Assembly: GCA_017654855.1 (NCBI GenBank)
Contig: CM030332.1
Location: forward strand, 6,448,001 to 6,512,000
Direction: 5' to 3'
Origin: Podospora anserina
Lineage: Eukaryota
Length of the DNA stretch: 64,000 nucleotides
The position numbers and the translations under genes were made by a program. Positions 1 to 12,563 of the stretch are shown piece by piece. Each line of letters starts with the position of its first letter. The stretch's first letter is position 1. The notes below the pieces were generated by a model. That model saw nothing but the letters and a program-made list of their open reading frames with translations, was not told the origin of the DNA and did no database searches.

Positions 1-2550
1 ACTGTAGGTAGGCTCGGTGATGCAAAGGCATATAAGTGAGCGTTCAACGGTGCTTATTCCATGGAGCCAATATGTGTTGAGAATGTTCGTGGTTGTGAGT
101 CAGTGTTCTCAATGCTGCGTCGGTTGATACGGACTATCGATTAAAAGTGATCCATGAAAGTTAGAGCTCATGTGTCAATACCATGGGCTTACCACCTGAC
201 TTTGTTTCACGCTGCAAATATGCTTCCACGTGATGATCTGCTTATCAAGATTATATGTGTCGTGGCTCAAAAGCTGGCTACACTTAGCTTGTCGTCCGAA
301 CTTTCGTCCCAGACTTGCCGTTTAGTCATCTATTTCTATCCCTGAAGGCTTGGAGATTATAGATTCATGGACGTTAGTTGTCTTTGTGCTCGCCGGTGTG
401 GCAAAGATATGTATTCAGTCAACCGTCCCAGCTTGCACTGCGAAGCACGGTGTATGGGGGTGCAAACTGTAGTTCACGGCTTAGAGATGTGATAATCACA
501 GTTACAGCCTTTACCGAGTACTACTTCCAAGAAATCGCTTACAGTTTCCCTTGTTTAAAGCAGTCTTTTCTTGCTTTCAGATGCGGAAAGCAAACACCGG
601 AGAGGAACCGGGGCCGGGCACCAGTGACACGGAAGGAAGCACGAGCCCCGGTCCCGCTCCGGTCCGGCATCGGCCGTCAGGCACAGTTTCAACCCAACCC
701 ACAAACCGGAGCCTAGGCCCCAACCCCATGTGACTCTGAAACTTGAACAAGCCTGTGTTTGTGATCAGCAAAACCGCCGACAGATGAGACAAGATCGAAT
801 ACACACGAAAATAGGGACTCATCTATAATCACGCCACAAAAGGGTTGCAGCCAAGTTCTACTACAGTTTGTGGCAACTTACGGGCAGTGTTGTGCTACAT
901 TCTCTTGTCATTCTTAGGTTCTATCGGAGGGTTTACTTCGCGCCTGGCCATTTAGGATGATCGCCTCTGTCGTAGGGGCGATATTCAGAGATGATTGACA
1001 GGGGAAATCGCTTACACCATCCCACCACAGCAAGTCACGAACAAAAAAGGGGTCTAGCCCAGAGTATGACTTGAGTGAGGTTGCTTTCGCCACTCCCAAC
1101 CTTGAAACGCTGCTTCTGGGCCTCTTGAATGCAAGACCAAGTCCGTTTTTCGAGGTTCAAGTCCGCAACTTCAAGATACTTCCTCTCGCTCGGTCCGTTT
1201 ACTCCTCCTTAAATGCATACATCCTATTATCTGAACCCCCTCTCCACCTTGGACCCAAACATCGGGATGGGATGAGACGATAGACGGGACCTAAACTCAA
1301 TTCTATCCTAACCATCATCCGAACCTTGAAAACGAGCTCCCATTCGAAACAGCAACTCTACCTAGTCTCTTGGTAAACTGTCTAGTCTATACCAACAGAA
1401 GCAACACGGTCAAAAAACTCCGAAACTAGCACAAGACCAAGCTAATGCTGCATGCCTCTCTGCCCAAAGTAGGTATATGCTGTCAAGCTTAGCCTGGGTA
1501 CGGGTTCCATAACGTGCGATAGGCTGGACGAGTAGGAATCCATGCCCAGTTTCCTCTTTTTCTTGTCGTCAACTCGCTGTCAGCAGATTCCTCCTCTCGC
1601 TTATGATCATAACATCGACAGAGCTTCAGTCATGTTGCACTCGCGCTTTTGCGCCGGTGCTACATAACCTGTCTTTCAACCATCTATGTAGGTCTAGTCG
1701 AATACTTGTGCGCCTACAATCCACACATAATACGATCTGGAGTTCCAGACCCGGGCCATTCCGTCCCACTCGAAAGGAGCGCCAGCACCAGAGTGGTATT
1801 TCATGATGGCAAAACGCAGTTTCCCGTCTCACATTGATGTCAACACCATACACAAGGAGTAAACAGACATCAAGAAACCAAAATCCACAGTGGCAAACCC
1901 CCCGAGCAGGTAAAGCAAGTCGTCATCCATGTTAGCCACATTTAGTGCCTAATCTCTTCCTAAATAAAGCATAAAAATCAATAAAGCCATTCCACTTACC
2001 AACGCTCTCCATCAAAACCAAGAAATCTCAAACGAAAATATCACGGAACTTCCAACCAAACCCAACGAACTCCTCCTCTGTGCCTATGAAACGTCCCCGT
2101 CTCTCCCCAAAGAAATGACAAAAGCCATGCAAAACTCACAAAATAGTAAGGCCAAAAATGCCTAAGGGCAATGACCAGACTGTTCAGACCAGATGAATCT
2201 GCTTTATTGCAACATGATAACTCCTGTCGCACAACGCCCCTTTCCCCGTCCTCTCTCCCAACCATTCAATGACCGCTTCAAACATTTTCTCCCGCCTCAA
2301 AACTTTCCACATGGGCATTTTTCTCAAAGCAGCATCCCAAAAATCTCACGATACCCGCGCCTCCCCCACCCCATCTGACCATATAACCCCCCCTTGCCTT
2401 TAGGTTCATCCAATACCGATTACAGTATGCACTCTGCACCTCCGTGGCAAGGACTGCCGAAACGACAAGGCCATACCAGTGGTTGTTGTTGTTCGGTACC
2501 TTTATACAATGTAAATCGCGCCCATCTACCAAGAAACCCAATTGTCCACT

Positions 2551-2566
2551 CTTTTTTTTTTTTTTT
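2551..2566. repeat. poly(T) tract, about 16 nt
   Basis: Read directly from the sequence. Confidence 0.9.
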
Positions 2567-2930
2567 TCTCAACAGCCGCCCTCGCCGCCACCTACCACCA
2601 CTGCTCATCGTCTGTGTATCAGGGTCTCGTCCCCTCAGATCACAGCATATCCTCATTGTATGGTCTGTCCGGACTCAATCAATTATCGCGTGATCCAACA
2701 ATTGTGATTATAACGGCTTGCCACCTATCCAAAAGGGAATCCTAAAACACAAAACTCCAGAAGCAAACCCCCTGAGGATATCCAACTGTCCAGTAAACCA
2801 ACCCAGCAAACCTCCCATTTCCCTCCAAGCAACACCAAAATCACAAGGCAAAAAGAGACACAAACCTCCTCCATTTACTAGTCCCACTCCCCCGCCTTCG
2901 CCCTGTCCCGACTTTGTACCACTCTCCATC

Positions 2931-5304
2931 TCACTTCTTCTTCTGATTCTCCGGGTTGTACTTGTCCTTCCAAATCCTAAAAAAACTCGCCGTCAGCTCT
3001 CCAGTCTCCCCCAAACCAAAACCAAACCAGAAAATCTGCCCAACCGATTCCCGCTTCCCTTGAGTAACCGTACCACACCACAAATTACACAGCATCCATC
3101 CGCATCTTACGGGCCCGCGATACAAAAATGCGGTGATAAGTAAACACAGCAAGAGGGCAACACACCACGGGTGGGCGTACCACCGGCACTTGGCTCCAGC
3201 AAAAAGAAACGGAGACCTGCACCACCCACCCTCACACCACGCCCCCTCCATAAAAACAACCCAATCGGACAAAGGTACATATCAAAGGATATCAACCTCT
3301 CAGAATCCAAGACGGTGGAGGGGGTGTGGTGAGAGAACAAAAAGTAGGGCGGACAGAAAAACGTACGGCTATCGAGACAGAAAGAGCAGTTTTGCTCAAC
3401 CTATCACGCAAACAAGACGCAAGTCATATCTGCAACATTGTTCTGCCGTTGCATAAACCACCACACACTGCGTAACTGCAGTCTTGTGTGGGAAAGAAGA
3501 GAAGGAGAAAAAAAAGCCGGATATGTGCTTACCAGGTGTTTCCAATAATCTTGTTTCCGTTTTCTTCGGCTCTCCGGTAGTACTTCGCTGCCGTAAACTG
3601 TTGTGTTCATGCAGTTCAACTGTCAGCCTCATGTGATGGACCTTAAAAAGAGTGTGGTGCTTCCCCCCCTCACTGAAAGAAGCTTGCGAATTGTGATTCG
3701 TCCTTTTCAGGCAAAAAAGCCCCGTTGATGCCCAACTGCTCCTGATTCGACAGGAAAGCCACACTTCCAACCGGCATCACTTGTTGACAGACCGACCGGA
3801 AAGTGTGAACGTGGGAAGTCTGCCGCTGCTGCTTGTCCAGCTGGCATGGTCACGCCCAGGCAATCTCGATGCCGGCCTTCATGTGTGTACAAGCGACCAA
3901 AAAAAAAAGTTGACATCTGAGAAAATGTGAGACAATATTTACTGACCTTGTCCTTCTTAGTGCCGAACCCCTCAAGATAGCACCATGCGACTTCGTTCAT
4001 CGCGTCTGTAAACAACAAAAGATGAGCTGGTTAGCTTGCTCTCCACGGGCGTAGTCCAGAAATGGACGGCCAACATACCAGTATCGCCGAGATTCGCTGC
4101 CGTTTCGTAGTACTGAGATGCATTGTCAGTATCAACAAAAGATGTGTTCAACCCACGACCCTTCAGGAGGAGCTCTCTCGAGCACACTTGTGCAAAACTC
4201 GATATGCATACCAGCCACACGTTGAGACGTCACCGTTAACCGTTCGCCGTTGCATTCAAATCAACAAGCAGCAGCAAGAAAAACAAACCTACCTGCTTCG
4301 CAGCAATGGGGTCCTTGGCAATACCCCATCCGTGTCGGAAGCAATTGGCCAATTCGAATATGGCCAGAACCAGCTCGCCCTTGGCTGCTCCTCCTTTCTT
4401 GAGTCCTGCTTGGAGGGCCATCTGCTCAATCTCGGCGGCGTTGGATGCTGCCGCGGAGAGATAGTTGACGGCGGCAGCAGTGTTCGGTTGGCAACCCCAT
4501 CCGTGTCTGATATCCGTTAGCTTACGAACATAACCATCATTGGACCAGCCGCCATTTTGTTGATGCTTTGCGATATGGACACTTCTGTCTCTAGTGCAGG
4601 CATGGCAGAGGCACATACCTGAGGGCGAGACCATAGAGAACCTGGCTAAGGGGGTTGTTGGCCCCCTTAGGATCCGCTAACCGGCCAAACAACGCCGTCG
4701 ACTCTTCCAGTTTTCCTGCCTCATGCAACCTGATAGCCTCCTGGATATCCTCGTCGATGGCCTTCGATGACACCACCTTGACCCTGGGATCTGGCGCCTC
4801 GTCCGCGGACGCATCGCCTAAGCGCAACTGAGGTAGAGTCGGGGGAGAACTTCCGTGATCGGGGGTCCCTGGCCGGCTGCGATGCTTCTCGTTCTCGCGA
4901 GCAAGCAGAGTGGCTCGCTTCTCCCATTGCGACTCGGTCCCGTCCTTGTCCTCGACGCCCCCCTCCGGAACCACGATCTCCGGCAGATCTTGCGGTACGA
5001 TCTCGCTACTGGCTGGACTGCGGCTCAGGTGTAGCCGTTGCGATAGGCGCTTGTGGCCACCGCCTTGGTTGCTCGATGCAGATGCGCTTCGGCTGCGGTT
5101 ACTTCGGAAGACGTCGAGGCTTCGGCGGGACTTTTGGGGTGTTTGCGGGCCTGGACTGAGGAACCCGTCGTTACTGGCACCAACGGGTTCTCCTGGAGGC
5201 TGGATCACCTCGGCACTATGGGTATCGGATCGCACAAACGTGAAATCGAGGGTGCTGTTTCCCTCCTCCTCCTCCTTCTTCCTGAACTTGTCGCGGAAAC
5301 CCAT
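2931..5304 (-). CDS. Sel1-like repeat protein (Nif1/Dsf2-like), 6 exons: 5304-4619, 4506-4293, 4112-4079, 4005-3947, 3597-3533, 2976-2931
   Basis: The spliced frame is continuous through GT-AG introns with CTRAC branch sites. It gives SLR motifs LYGLALRHGWGC, ELANCFRHGWGIAKD, AWCYLEGFGTKKD and FTAAKYYRRAEENGNKIIGNTWIWKDKY. Confidence 0.85.
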
Positions 5305-6184
5305 CTTGGTAACGATTTGTCGACACGAGGCAAGCTAACGTCAGGTTTGGCACCGGGATATGTTTGCGATTTGAGTCCTACGGTAAAACAAAATGAAAGT
5401 CGAAGAGTTGGTTTCTTGGGAAGCCGAGGTGTCCGGCAAGGTGGGTTGGGTTATGCTGGGTACGTGTGATTGCCTATAATATTGCCAAATTCACGATGCG
5501 ACAGCCACACCTGGTACAGATATCGACGTGGTTGAGGCCGGCAAAGGAGAAGGAAGGATTGTGGTATTAAAAGAAGAGCAAAACGAAGGAGAGGCTGACT
5601 ATGTATTGGGACAGTGGTTAAGGTATGTTCTCAGTTGCACTTGGCGCCATGTTTGAAGTCCTCAGCCCGACGGCATTCTTCCTGGAGATTGGATGTCGTC
5701 TGTTTGAGATTCAGGCCTTGGGGCGGGGCGGAGTCTCCAACGCGGCGGAGGCTGCGGAGCGGGCTGTGGCACACCCGTGGACCCCTCATCGTCCCCAAGA
5801 CAAGGGGGAGAAGGGTTCAGCGGGCCGCCATAGCATGCCATTGGTACATCAGGTAATTGACTGCGGTGATGCTGGTATGTGATCGGACATATGATTATAT
5901 ACCTAGACGCCATGTAGAAAGCGAAACTGTGAGAACCGTTACAAGCTGCCTCTCGCAAATCCAATATAGAATAAGGAAAGATGACGGCTGCAAGAAGAGG
6001 TCTGTTTCAGTGCTTCTTGACAGCTGATGTCAGAGTCGAAAAGCTGAAGTGGCTGACAACCGGAAGTTACCAACGCGAGGCAGCAACTATTCCTGTATGG
6101 CCTGTGCTTCTCTCATCATAATGCCTTGATTGTTTTGGGCCGTCGTGTACCCAAAACGCGTCCCCATTTTCAACAAATCATCAA

Positions 6185-6280
6185 GCCCGATTAGCTCAGC
6201 TGGTTAGAGCGTCGTACTAATACTGGTACACACCTGTAAATGGTATGCGAAGGTCAACAGTTCAATCCTGTTATTGGGCA
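6185..6280 (+). tRNA. tRNA-Ile (anticodon AAT) with a 22-nt intron (6223-6244)
   Basis: Acceptor stem GCCCGAT/ATTGGGC, D-arm TAGCTCAGCTGGTTAGAGC, anticodon stem TCGTA/TGCGA with loop CT-AAT-A^A, T-loop GTTCAATCC. The intron is at the canonical position one base 3' of the anticodon. Confidence 0.93.
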
Positions 6281-6629
6281 TATGCTTATGTATGTTTTTA
6301 TTGTGAGCCTGCTCACTACTTTCCTTCTCCTTTTGCTTGCCTCAAAATCCACGGCCACTTTTTTGTCGGATATGGTGGTTTGGGATGTCATGCTGTCAAT
6401 GTAGCCATGTGGAGCAAAGCCCATATTTGGCAGACTCTAACCAGGTCTGGAGGAGGCTGTTCTTGCTCACAATAAATTCGGCGCCAGCACGGACCTCATG
6501 TTCACGACCCTGAGCTCAATTGACAATTGGACAAGAGACCGATAGCGTCACAATTGGTTTTCGTCTCATGGCCGATTCTGTTGGATTTGGCCGAGGCAGC
6601 GCGTCGGCATTGCCTCCCACGGAACCACC

Positions 6630-8927
6630 ATGGCTCCCACGCCAAAAACTACGCCAATTCGCCGGCCCCTGACCGTGAAAGGAGTCGAGAGAAAGAAGCC
6701 TGGGCCAGCGCCGAAACCCTTGTCCGAGAAGCTCAAGGCGAAGGCCCTCAAGCAGATCAAACGCGTCGAACGAAGCTACACCCGTGAGCGCAAGATCGAA
6801 GTATTGCTTTATCTCCTTACCCACCGCGTCCCGGACTCTGGCCCCCGAAAAACACCACGCCGCCGGATTGGCCAGCCCCAAGAAGATTGCTCAACACAAC
6901 CGGTTGTCGAGAATGAGAATGGAGAACTTGTTTGGTACAGAGCACCCACGTACGCCGAAGCTTCGGATTTTTGGAAGATTCCTACGCCAACGATTCAGGG
7001 ATGGTGGGATTCACGGGACAAACTACTCGAGGGGACGGGTATTGAAGTCCACAAGGTCGGGCCAGGAGGTGTTCCAAAGGCGTTGGGAGGCTGGAAACCA
7101 CTGAGCCAGCGTTCAACATTTCGAACCAAAGAAGGAATGCAGCAAGAGGAACCAGTGGTGACGGTTGTGAACCCAAATACGAACGGTGCCACTCCAACTC
7201 CCTCGTCATCTGCTGGGGCTTTGTCTGCTGTACCGATAACAACAGCACCGATGACCCCGTCCGTTCGAATCATAGGTCGTGTGAATCCACAACCGCATTA
7301 CAAACCACCTCCGCCAGCACCTCGACCACCTGCCCCATTAGCCCCCGCTCCGGCACAGCAAATGCCACCGGCTCAAAATAGGCCAGTGGCACAGGCCCCT
7401 CCGGTTCAGACCCCTCCCGTCGCGCCAGCAAATCGGCCGGCAGCCCAACCAGCTCCGCATCATGCTCCGCAACCCGGAAAACCTGGCCTCCAACCCGCCG
7501 CACACCAGGCTCCGGCGTATCCACAAATACCGCCGGCTTTTGACCCTTCAAACTATGTTGTGCTATACACTGGGCCTCATCCCGGACCTTGGAGCTATCC
7601 TGGGCAGCATTGCATACCGCCTGGCACGGTGCTGCCCATTGTTTACGCCGGGCAACCAGTCGAGCTCGGGCCGCCATGTTTTGTGACTGTATATCCCGGC
7701 CCACCTTCGTCTGCGCTTACGCCGCCAGCTCCGAGTGGCATGCACAACCGGCCTCCACAACCGGCCCCGCAAACCGGTCAACATTCGGCAGGTCAAGCCC
7801 AAGGCCCACCACAAGCTCCGCATCCCGGACAACAGCAAACTCCACCACCACCACCCGGTTATCGTCCGCCACACGTATCAAATGGACCTCCGCCTAATGC
7901 CCAACCTCCACAAGGGCAAAGACCAACTGGACCGTCGCCGCCAGTTCCATATGTAGGACCGTCAGGATACATCGGCCCATATGCACCACCTGGGTTCGCA
8001 CCAGCTAACCAAGCCGGTCCACCCCCGCAACCACAGAACGCCGTATCCCAAGGCCGGTCCTCATTACGGACACCAGGTGCGAACACCGGACGTGCCAGCA
8101 AGCCGAAGTTTCGAGTCCAGCCGCCTCCGGCCGTGCCCAACGGTGTCAGTACCCAGCTTGAGTCCGGAAATAATGGTCAAACTCCCGTTGCAGCCCAAGA
8201 CCCATCTGCGGCCGGTTCTACTTCTAGCTCTGATGCGTCTGTCTCTACACCTGCGGAAACTCAGGTAACTGGTTCGGTCGATGTACAACATCAAGACGCC
8301 AGCAACGACAAAGATCGGCCCGACAGTCATGTTCACGATCAGGCCGGTGAACCGACGCCCAGCACTCAGGCGCCGATGTCGCCAAGTGGTGATCAAGATG
8401 GGGTGGTGCCAGCAAATACTGTCTCAGGGGAGTCAACAGCAATAGATCGAGATTCCTCGTCTGCGGAGACTGATTCAGAAAAGGCTGCGGCAACGACCCT
8501 AGAAGAAACTATGCAAGACGCCACACCACAAGAAGAGACGAACGTCACTCCCACAACGGCTGAAGACGATACCGCGATGGAGGAGGCGCTGGAGCATGTC
8601 ATGGAGGAGGCGATGAAGCAAGAGGCGATGCTGGAAGACTCGGCTGGTGGTGAGACACCTGCTTCTTTGTCGGTGTTGTCCTCGCCTAATGATGGCGCGG
8701 ATGAGACGCGGATGGAAGTCGACAGTGAAGAGGCAAAGTCCTCGTCACCGTCACAGAGCGGGGAGGCGTATGAGACACCGTATGAAACGCCTGCTGTTGT
8801 TGAGACTGACGGTGGTGATGAGGGTGATGAGGGTGATGAGGATGATGTCATGGTTGATACACCGCCCGAAGACAATGCACAACCTGCTTCGTCAGAGGCG
8901 GAGGCAGTGGAGAGTGAAGAGGAGTAG
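6630..8927 (+). CDS. 765-aa protein: basic N-terminus with a putative HTH DNA-binding domain, Pro/Gln-rich middle and acidic tail
   Basis: Long single-exon ORF with ATG in CACCATGG context. RSYTRERKIEVL and PTYAEASDFWKIPTPTIQGWW resemble Brinker/CENP-B/pogo-type HTH elements. Confidence 0.75.
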   Translation: MAPTPKTTPIRRPLTVKGVERKKPGPAPKPLSEKLKAKALKQIKRVERSYTRERKIEVLLYLLTHRVPDSGPRKTPRRRIGQPQEDCSTQPVVENENGELVWYRAPTYAEASDFWKIPTPTIQGWWDSRDKLLEGTGIEVHKVGPGGVPKALGGWKPLSQRSTFRTKEGMQQEEPVVTVVNPNTNGATPTPSSSAGALSAVPITTAPMTPSVRIIGRVNPQPHYKPPPPAPRPPAPLAPAPAQQMPPAQNRPVAQAPPVQTPPVAPANRPAAQPAPHHAPQPGKPGLQPAAHQAPAYPQIPPAFDPSNYVVLYTGPHPGPWSYPGQHCIPPGTVLPIVYAGQPVELGPPCFVTVYPGPPSSALTPPAPSGMHNRPPQPAPQTGQHSAGQAQGPPQAPHPGQQQTPPPPPGYRPPHVSNGPPPNAQPPQGQRPTGPSPPVPYVGPSGYIGPYAPPGFAPANQAGPPPQPQNAVSQGRSSLRTPGANTGRASKPKFRVQPPPAVPNGVSTQLESGNNGQTPVAAQDPSAAGSTSSSDASVSTPAETQVTGSVDVQHQDASNDKDRPDSHVHDQAGEPTPSTQAPMSPSGDQDGVVPANTVSGESTAIDRDSSSAETDSEKAAATTLEETMQDATPQEETNVTPTTAEDDTAMEEALEHVMEEAMKQEAMLEDSAGGETPASLSVLSSPNDGADETRMEVDSEEAKSSSPSQSGEAYETPYETPAVVETDGGDEGDEGDEDDVMVDTPPEDNAQPASSEAEAVESEEE

Positions 8928-9272
8928 TGGTCCTGATTAATTTGTAAATAATGTGCTGGATGTGGGTGGTATTTGTTGTCGTGGAAACACAACAAGTTTA
9001 GCGTTGATATTCACTAAAGCGAAAGTGATTCAAGGGGGACTGGGAAAAGGGTAGGGGGAAAGATACCATGGACTGAGTCGCAAAATAATCATAATGACAA
9101 AAACTGCCAGAGCAGTACAAAGTATCACAAAACTTCAAAGATGTTGAACTTGACATTTTACTCAAATTCAGAAACACCATCTCTATCTACCATGCCATTT
9201 AACAAGCCATCAGAAAGCTCCCCACTCGCTTTTCTTCACCACACATTTGCCCCAAACCATCCATTACCAAGT

Positions 9273-12213
9273 CTAAGAAAGACTAGCAAAAGCCCTCTTC
9301 CTCACCTCCTTCTTCTGCTTCTCCTCCTCCTCCCAATTCTCATCCACGAACCCCTTGACACTCCTCTCCTCAATCTGCATCCCCACCACCCTCAACGCCG
9401 CAATATTATACCCCATCTCATCCTTCTGCTTCCTCAGCGCCTGCCTCAGATTGACTCTGATCCCGTCCAGCATCTGGCGCATCGTCCTGCTGCTGACAAT
9501 CTGCTTGTGGTGGGTTTTGAGCATGAAAAACAAGATCCTGCAGGTGAGAGGGATGTTCATGCTCCGTAGCGCGAAGAGGTTCAAAAAGGTGAACAGCATC
9601 GGCACTGACGCAAAGGGAAGAACCAGAAGCGCATCGTGGAGCGCGGACGCTTTGATCTTGGAGAGGGTGTTCATCACGTATTGCTCCGCCGTGATGTTCC
9701 CCAGCGCCATGAAGATGGCGTGCCGTTGCGGCGGCGCAAGGTTGGGGTTGGAAGCCTTGGCTACTTCCCACTCTTTCACCACGTTGAGGTCTGACAGGCC
9801 GAGCTCGAGGGCCTCGGCTATTCTCTCTCCTGCCATCAACGTCTCAACCGTCTGTTTTGATGCTGCGGCAACCTCGCGGTTTTCATCCTGGGCGTCGGCG
9901 TCTTGCTCCAGGGAGGTGGTGAGCGTAGATTCGTAAAGCTCTTCCAGTTCCTTTTCGCGCTCTTCCTCGAGGAAGATCTGCTCGTCCGTTTCCTCCCATA
10001 CACGAATAGACTTGTCGTGAGAGGCGGACACGAGGAAGTTACCCGCGTGGGAGATGGCAAGGGCCCAGATCTCCCCGTGGTGGCCGTCGATACGTTGGAT
10101 TTGCTCGAATTTATCCCCGTCCCAGTATTTTATCGTGCGGTCTTTGGACGCGGAAAAGAAGTGATGTCCGTTGCCGTCCGAGTTGTGGGGGATGAAGGCT
10201 ACTTGGAGGATCGAGTCTTGGTGACCAAACAAGGCTTTGTGGCAGTCGCCGAAATCGAGACCCCATATTCTGATGTTCTTGTCGGCGGAGGAGGTGATGA
10301 TTAGTTTGCTGTCGAAGGAGATGTCCATGCTTAAGACGGGGAGTTTGTGGCCGTAGAGGTTGAGGTAGAGTTTGAGGGAGTCGACAAAGAAGACCTTGAC
10401 TGTGCTGTCGAGGAGAGACACAGCCAGGAGCTTGGAGTCGGGGGAGAATTTCAGACTGAGAATGTCGTCAGATACCTTGAGTATCCTCGACTGGACCAGC
10501 TTGAGTTTTGGTGTGGTTCTCGTGGTGCCAAGAACTTGCTCCTGGACAATCTTGAAGTCCCAGAATTTGGCTGCTTTGTCGGCACCTCCTGACACCACAG
10601 ACTTGCCATCTGGGTGGACTTGTAGCGCCCAGATAGCATGGCCCTCGTGTGCATTCACGCTCTCCAGCAACGCCGCGGAAGCCACATCGTACAGTTGGAG
10701 CTCTCCCTCCTTGGTTCCCACCACTACCACCTTGTCACCTGGCAAAAATGCGCAGCAGAGCGCATAACCACACTCAAATGTTCTGATGCAGGCTTGTGTC
10801 TTTACGTTCCAAATCTTGAGCGAACCATTGGCAGCAGATGCCAGCATTTTGTCGTCCGAGCTGAGTGATAGCGAGCGGATGTCTGTGCGATGGCCTGGGA
10901 GATCAACACCCAGTGCCTTGTTGTAATCTGCGACATCGGTCTTGGACTTGAGCTTGTCCTTTCCAACAATCGTATAGAGCTCCAACAAGTTGTTTGTGGA
11001 CCCTACAAGTAATTGCAGGTCCTTGCTCCCTTGTTGTATCGCCCAGTCGACTGATCTGACCTTGCCCGTGGTTCGTACGATAACGTGCTGCGCAAACACA
11101 TCAGAAATCTCGGCCTTGTTGATGTCGTCGGCGCCCTCATCCTCCATGTCAACATCGGCGCCCTTCTTATCTTTTGCCAGCTTCTCCTTTCTTCTCTTCT
11201 TTTTCCTGGCCAAGCTCTTCTTGACCTCTGATTCCGTCCGTATCCTCCAAATTTCAACGTTCTTCTCGACTCCGTGTACGGCGAAGTAATCCCGGCGGGG
11301 GTGGAAAATAACCTCGACTGCACGCTCTTTGCTCGATCGGTGTAATGTGCCTCTGTTGTGGAGGAAGTTTACTGATTGTGAAAGGTCGACTCGTTGCGCC
11401 GAGGCAGCCAGTGCCACGACATCCAATGCCCACACCTTCATTTCGCCATCGTTCCCAGCAGTCACGCAGCCGCTCAGATCCGGCGAAACTCCTAGCGCCC
11501 AGCATTCGCCATTGCTTTGCGCAACGTGTGTCTCGATACAGTGGCGGGATGAAAGATCCCAGAGCTTAATCAGCGAATCTTTTCCTGTCGTAAGAAGGAA
11601 TCCCTCTGCGCCCTCGTTGTCCACCGCCATCAACGCCTGCTCTCCATCTTCTTCCTGCACCACCGGCTCCGGCTCAATGAACCTCAGGCCGGTAACCTGA
11701 TCTTTGTGTCCTCTCAGCTTGTACTGTCCCACCTCGGCCACCAGATCCCAAACAATAACGTCGGTATCCTTCGAACCGGAGGCCAGGCGCACACCAGTCT
11801 TGTCGAAAGCGAGAATAGTGACGGCCGACTTGTGGCCGTTGAAGCTCACTACGGAGGTGGCGATCTTGCTGTCCCAAATGCGAATACTGCCATTTTCGTA
11901 GCCGACAGCGAACAGATCCGGGTCGGTCTTGCTTTGCGCGATTGCGGTTACCAGAGCTCTGTTGTTCTCTTCTTTCCAGCGGCTGAGGAGTTCGCCCTTC
12001 TTGATATCCCAGACTAGCACCTCCTCATTGGCGGCGACGACAGCTTGGCCGGCGCTGCTTTTCGTCTTGTCCTTGGACGACCAGACAATGTTGGAGCTGC
12101 TGGATGCGACGACGCCGAAGGACTTTGATGGCTCAAATTTTCTGAGACGGTTAGGGGTGTTATCAAACAGAGCGATGGTTCCAGACAAATACTTACAGGT
12201 AGGACTTGACCAT
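9273..12213 (-). CDS. UTP12: U3 snoRNP WD40 protein Utp12/Dip2; exons 12213-12197 and 12141-9273
   Basis: The spliced N-terminus is MVKSYLKFEP. It has many WD40 repeats (LYGHKLPVLSMDIS, WGLDFGDCHKALFGHQDS) and a C-terminal Utp12-like region. The ORF-track start at 12236 reads through the intron. Confidence 0.95.
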
Positions 12214-12563
12214 ATTTGCGACTCGAGATTATCCAATGCAGGCGCACCTCTCAGTCGTTGTGGAATGTCCTTGCGCTTCGAGGGAAGTGCTTGTCTTGCC
12301 CAGGACTTTTTTTTGGCAGCGATAAGATAAGAATTGCAAAGGTGAAAACACCGACACTAGCCACACCCGTCGGCAGGGGTTCAGTGGCTGCGGCTCCAGG
12401 AATTGCGGGGCAGTAGCTTCAGGGGAGGGGCCTGGTCCGCAGCTTGTCGCAAGCCGAGCAACGTCAGCCTTCCCAGTTGCAACTGACAGGCCCCACTAAA
12501 GCTTTCCCCCAACTTCATCATCAACACCATAGCTACCCGTCGAAGCCGAAACCAGGGGACAAG

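Noticed and set aside
1-2900. Short ORFs and a GC-rich patch at about 600-720
   Set aside because: No protein family signal or convincing gene model; treated as intergenic or 3' flank.
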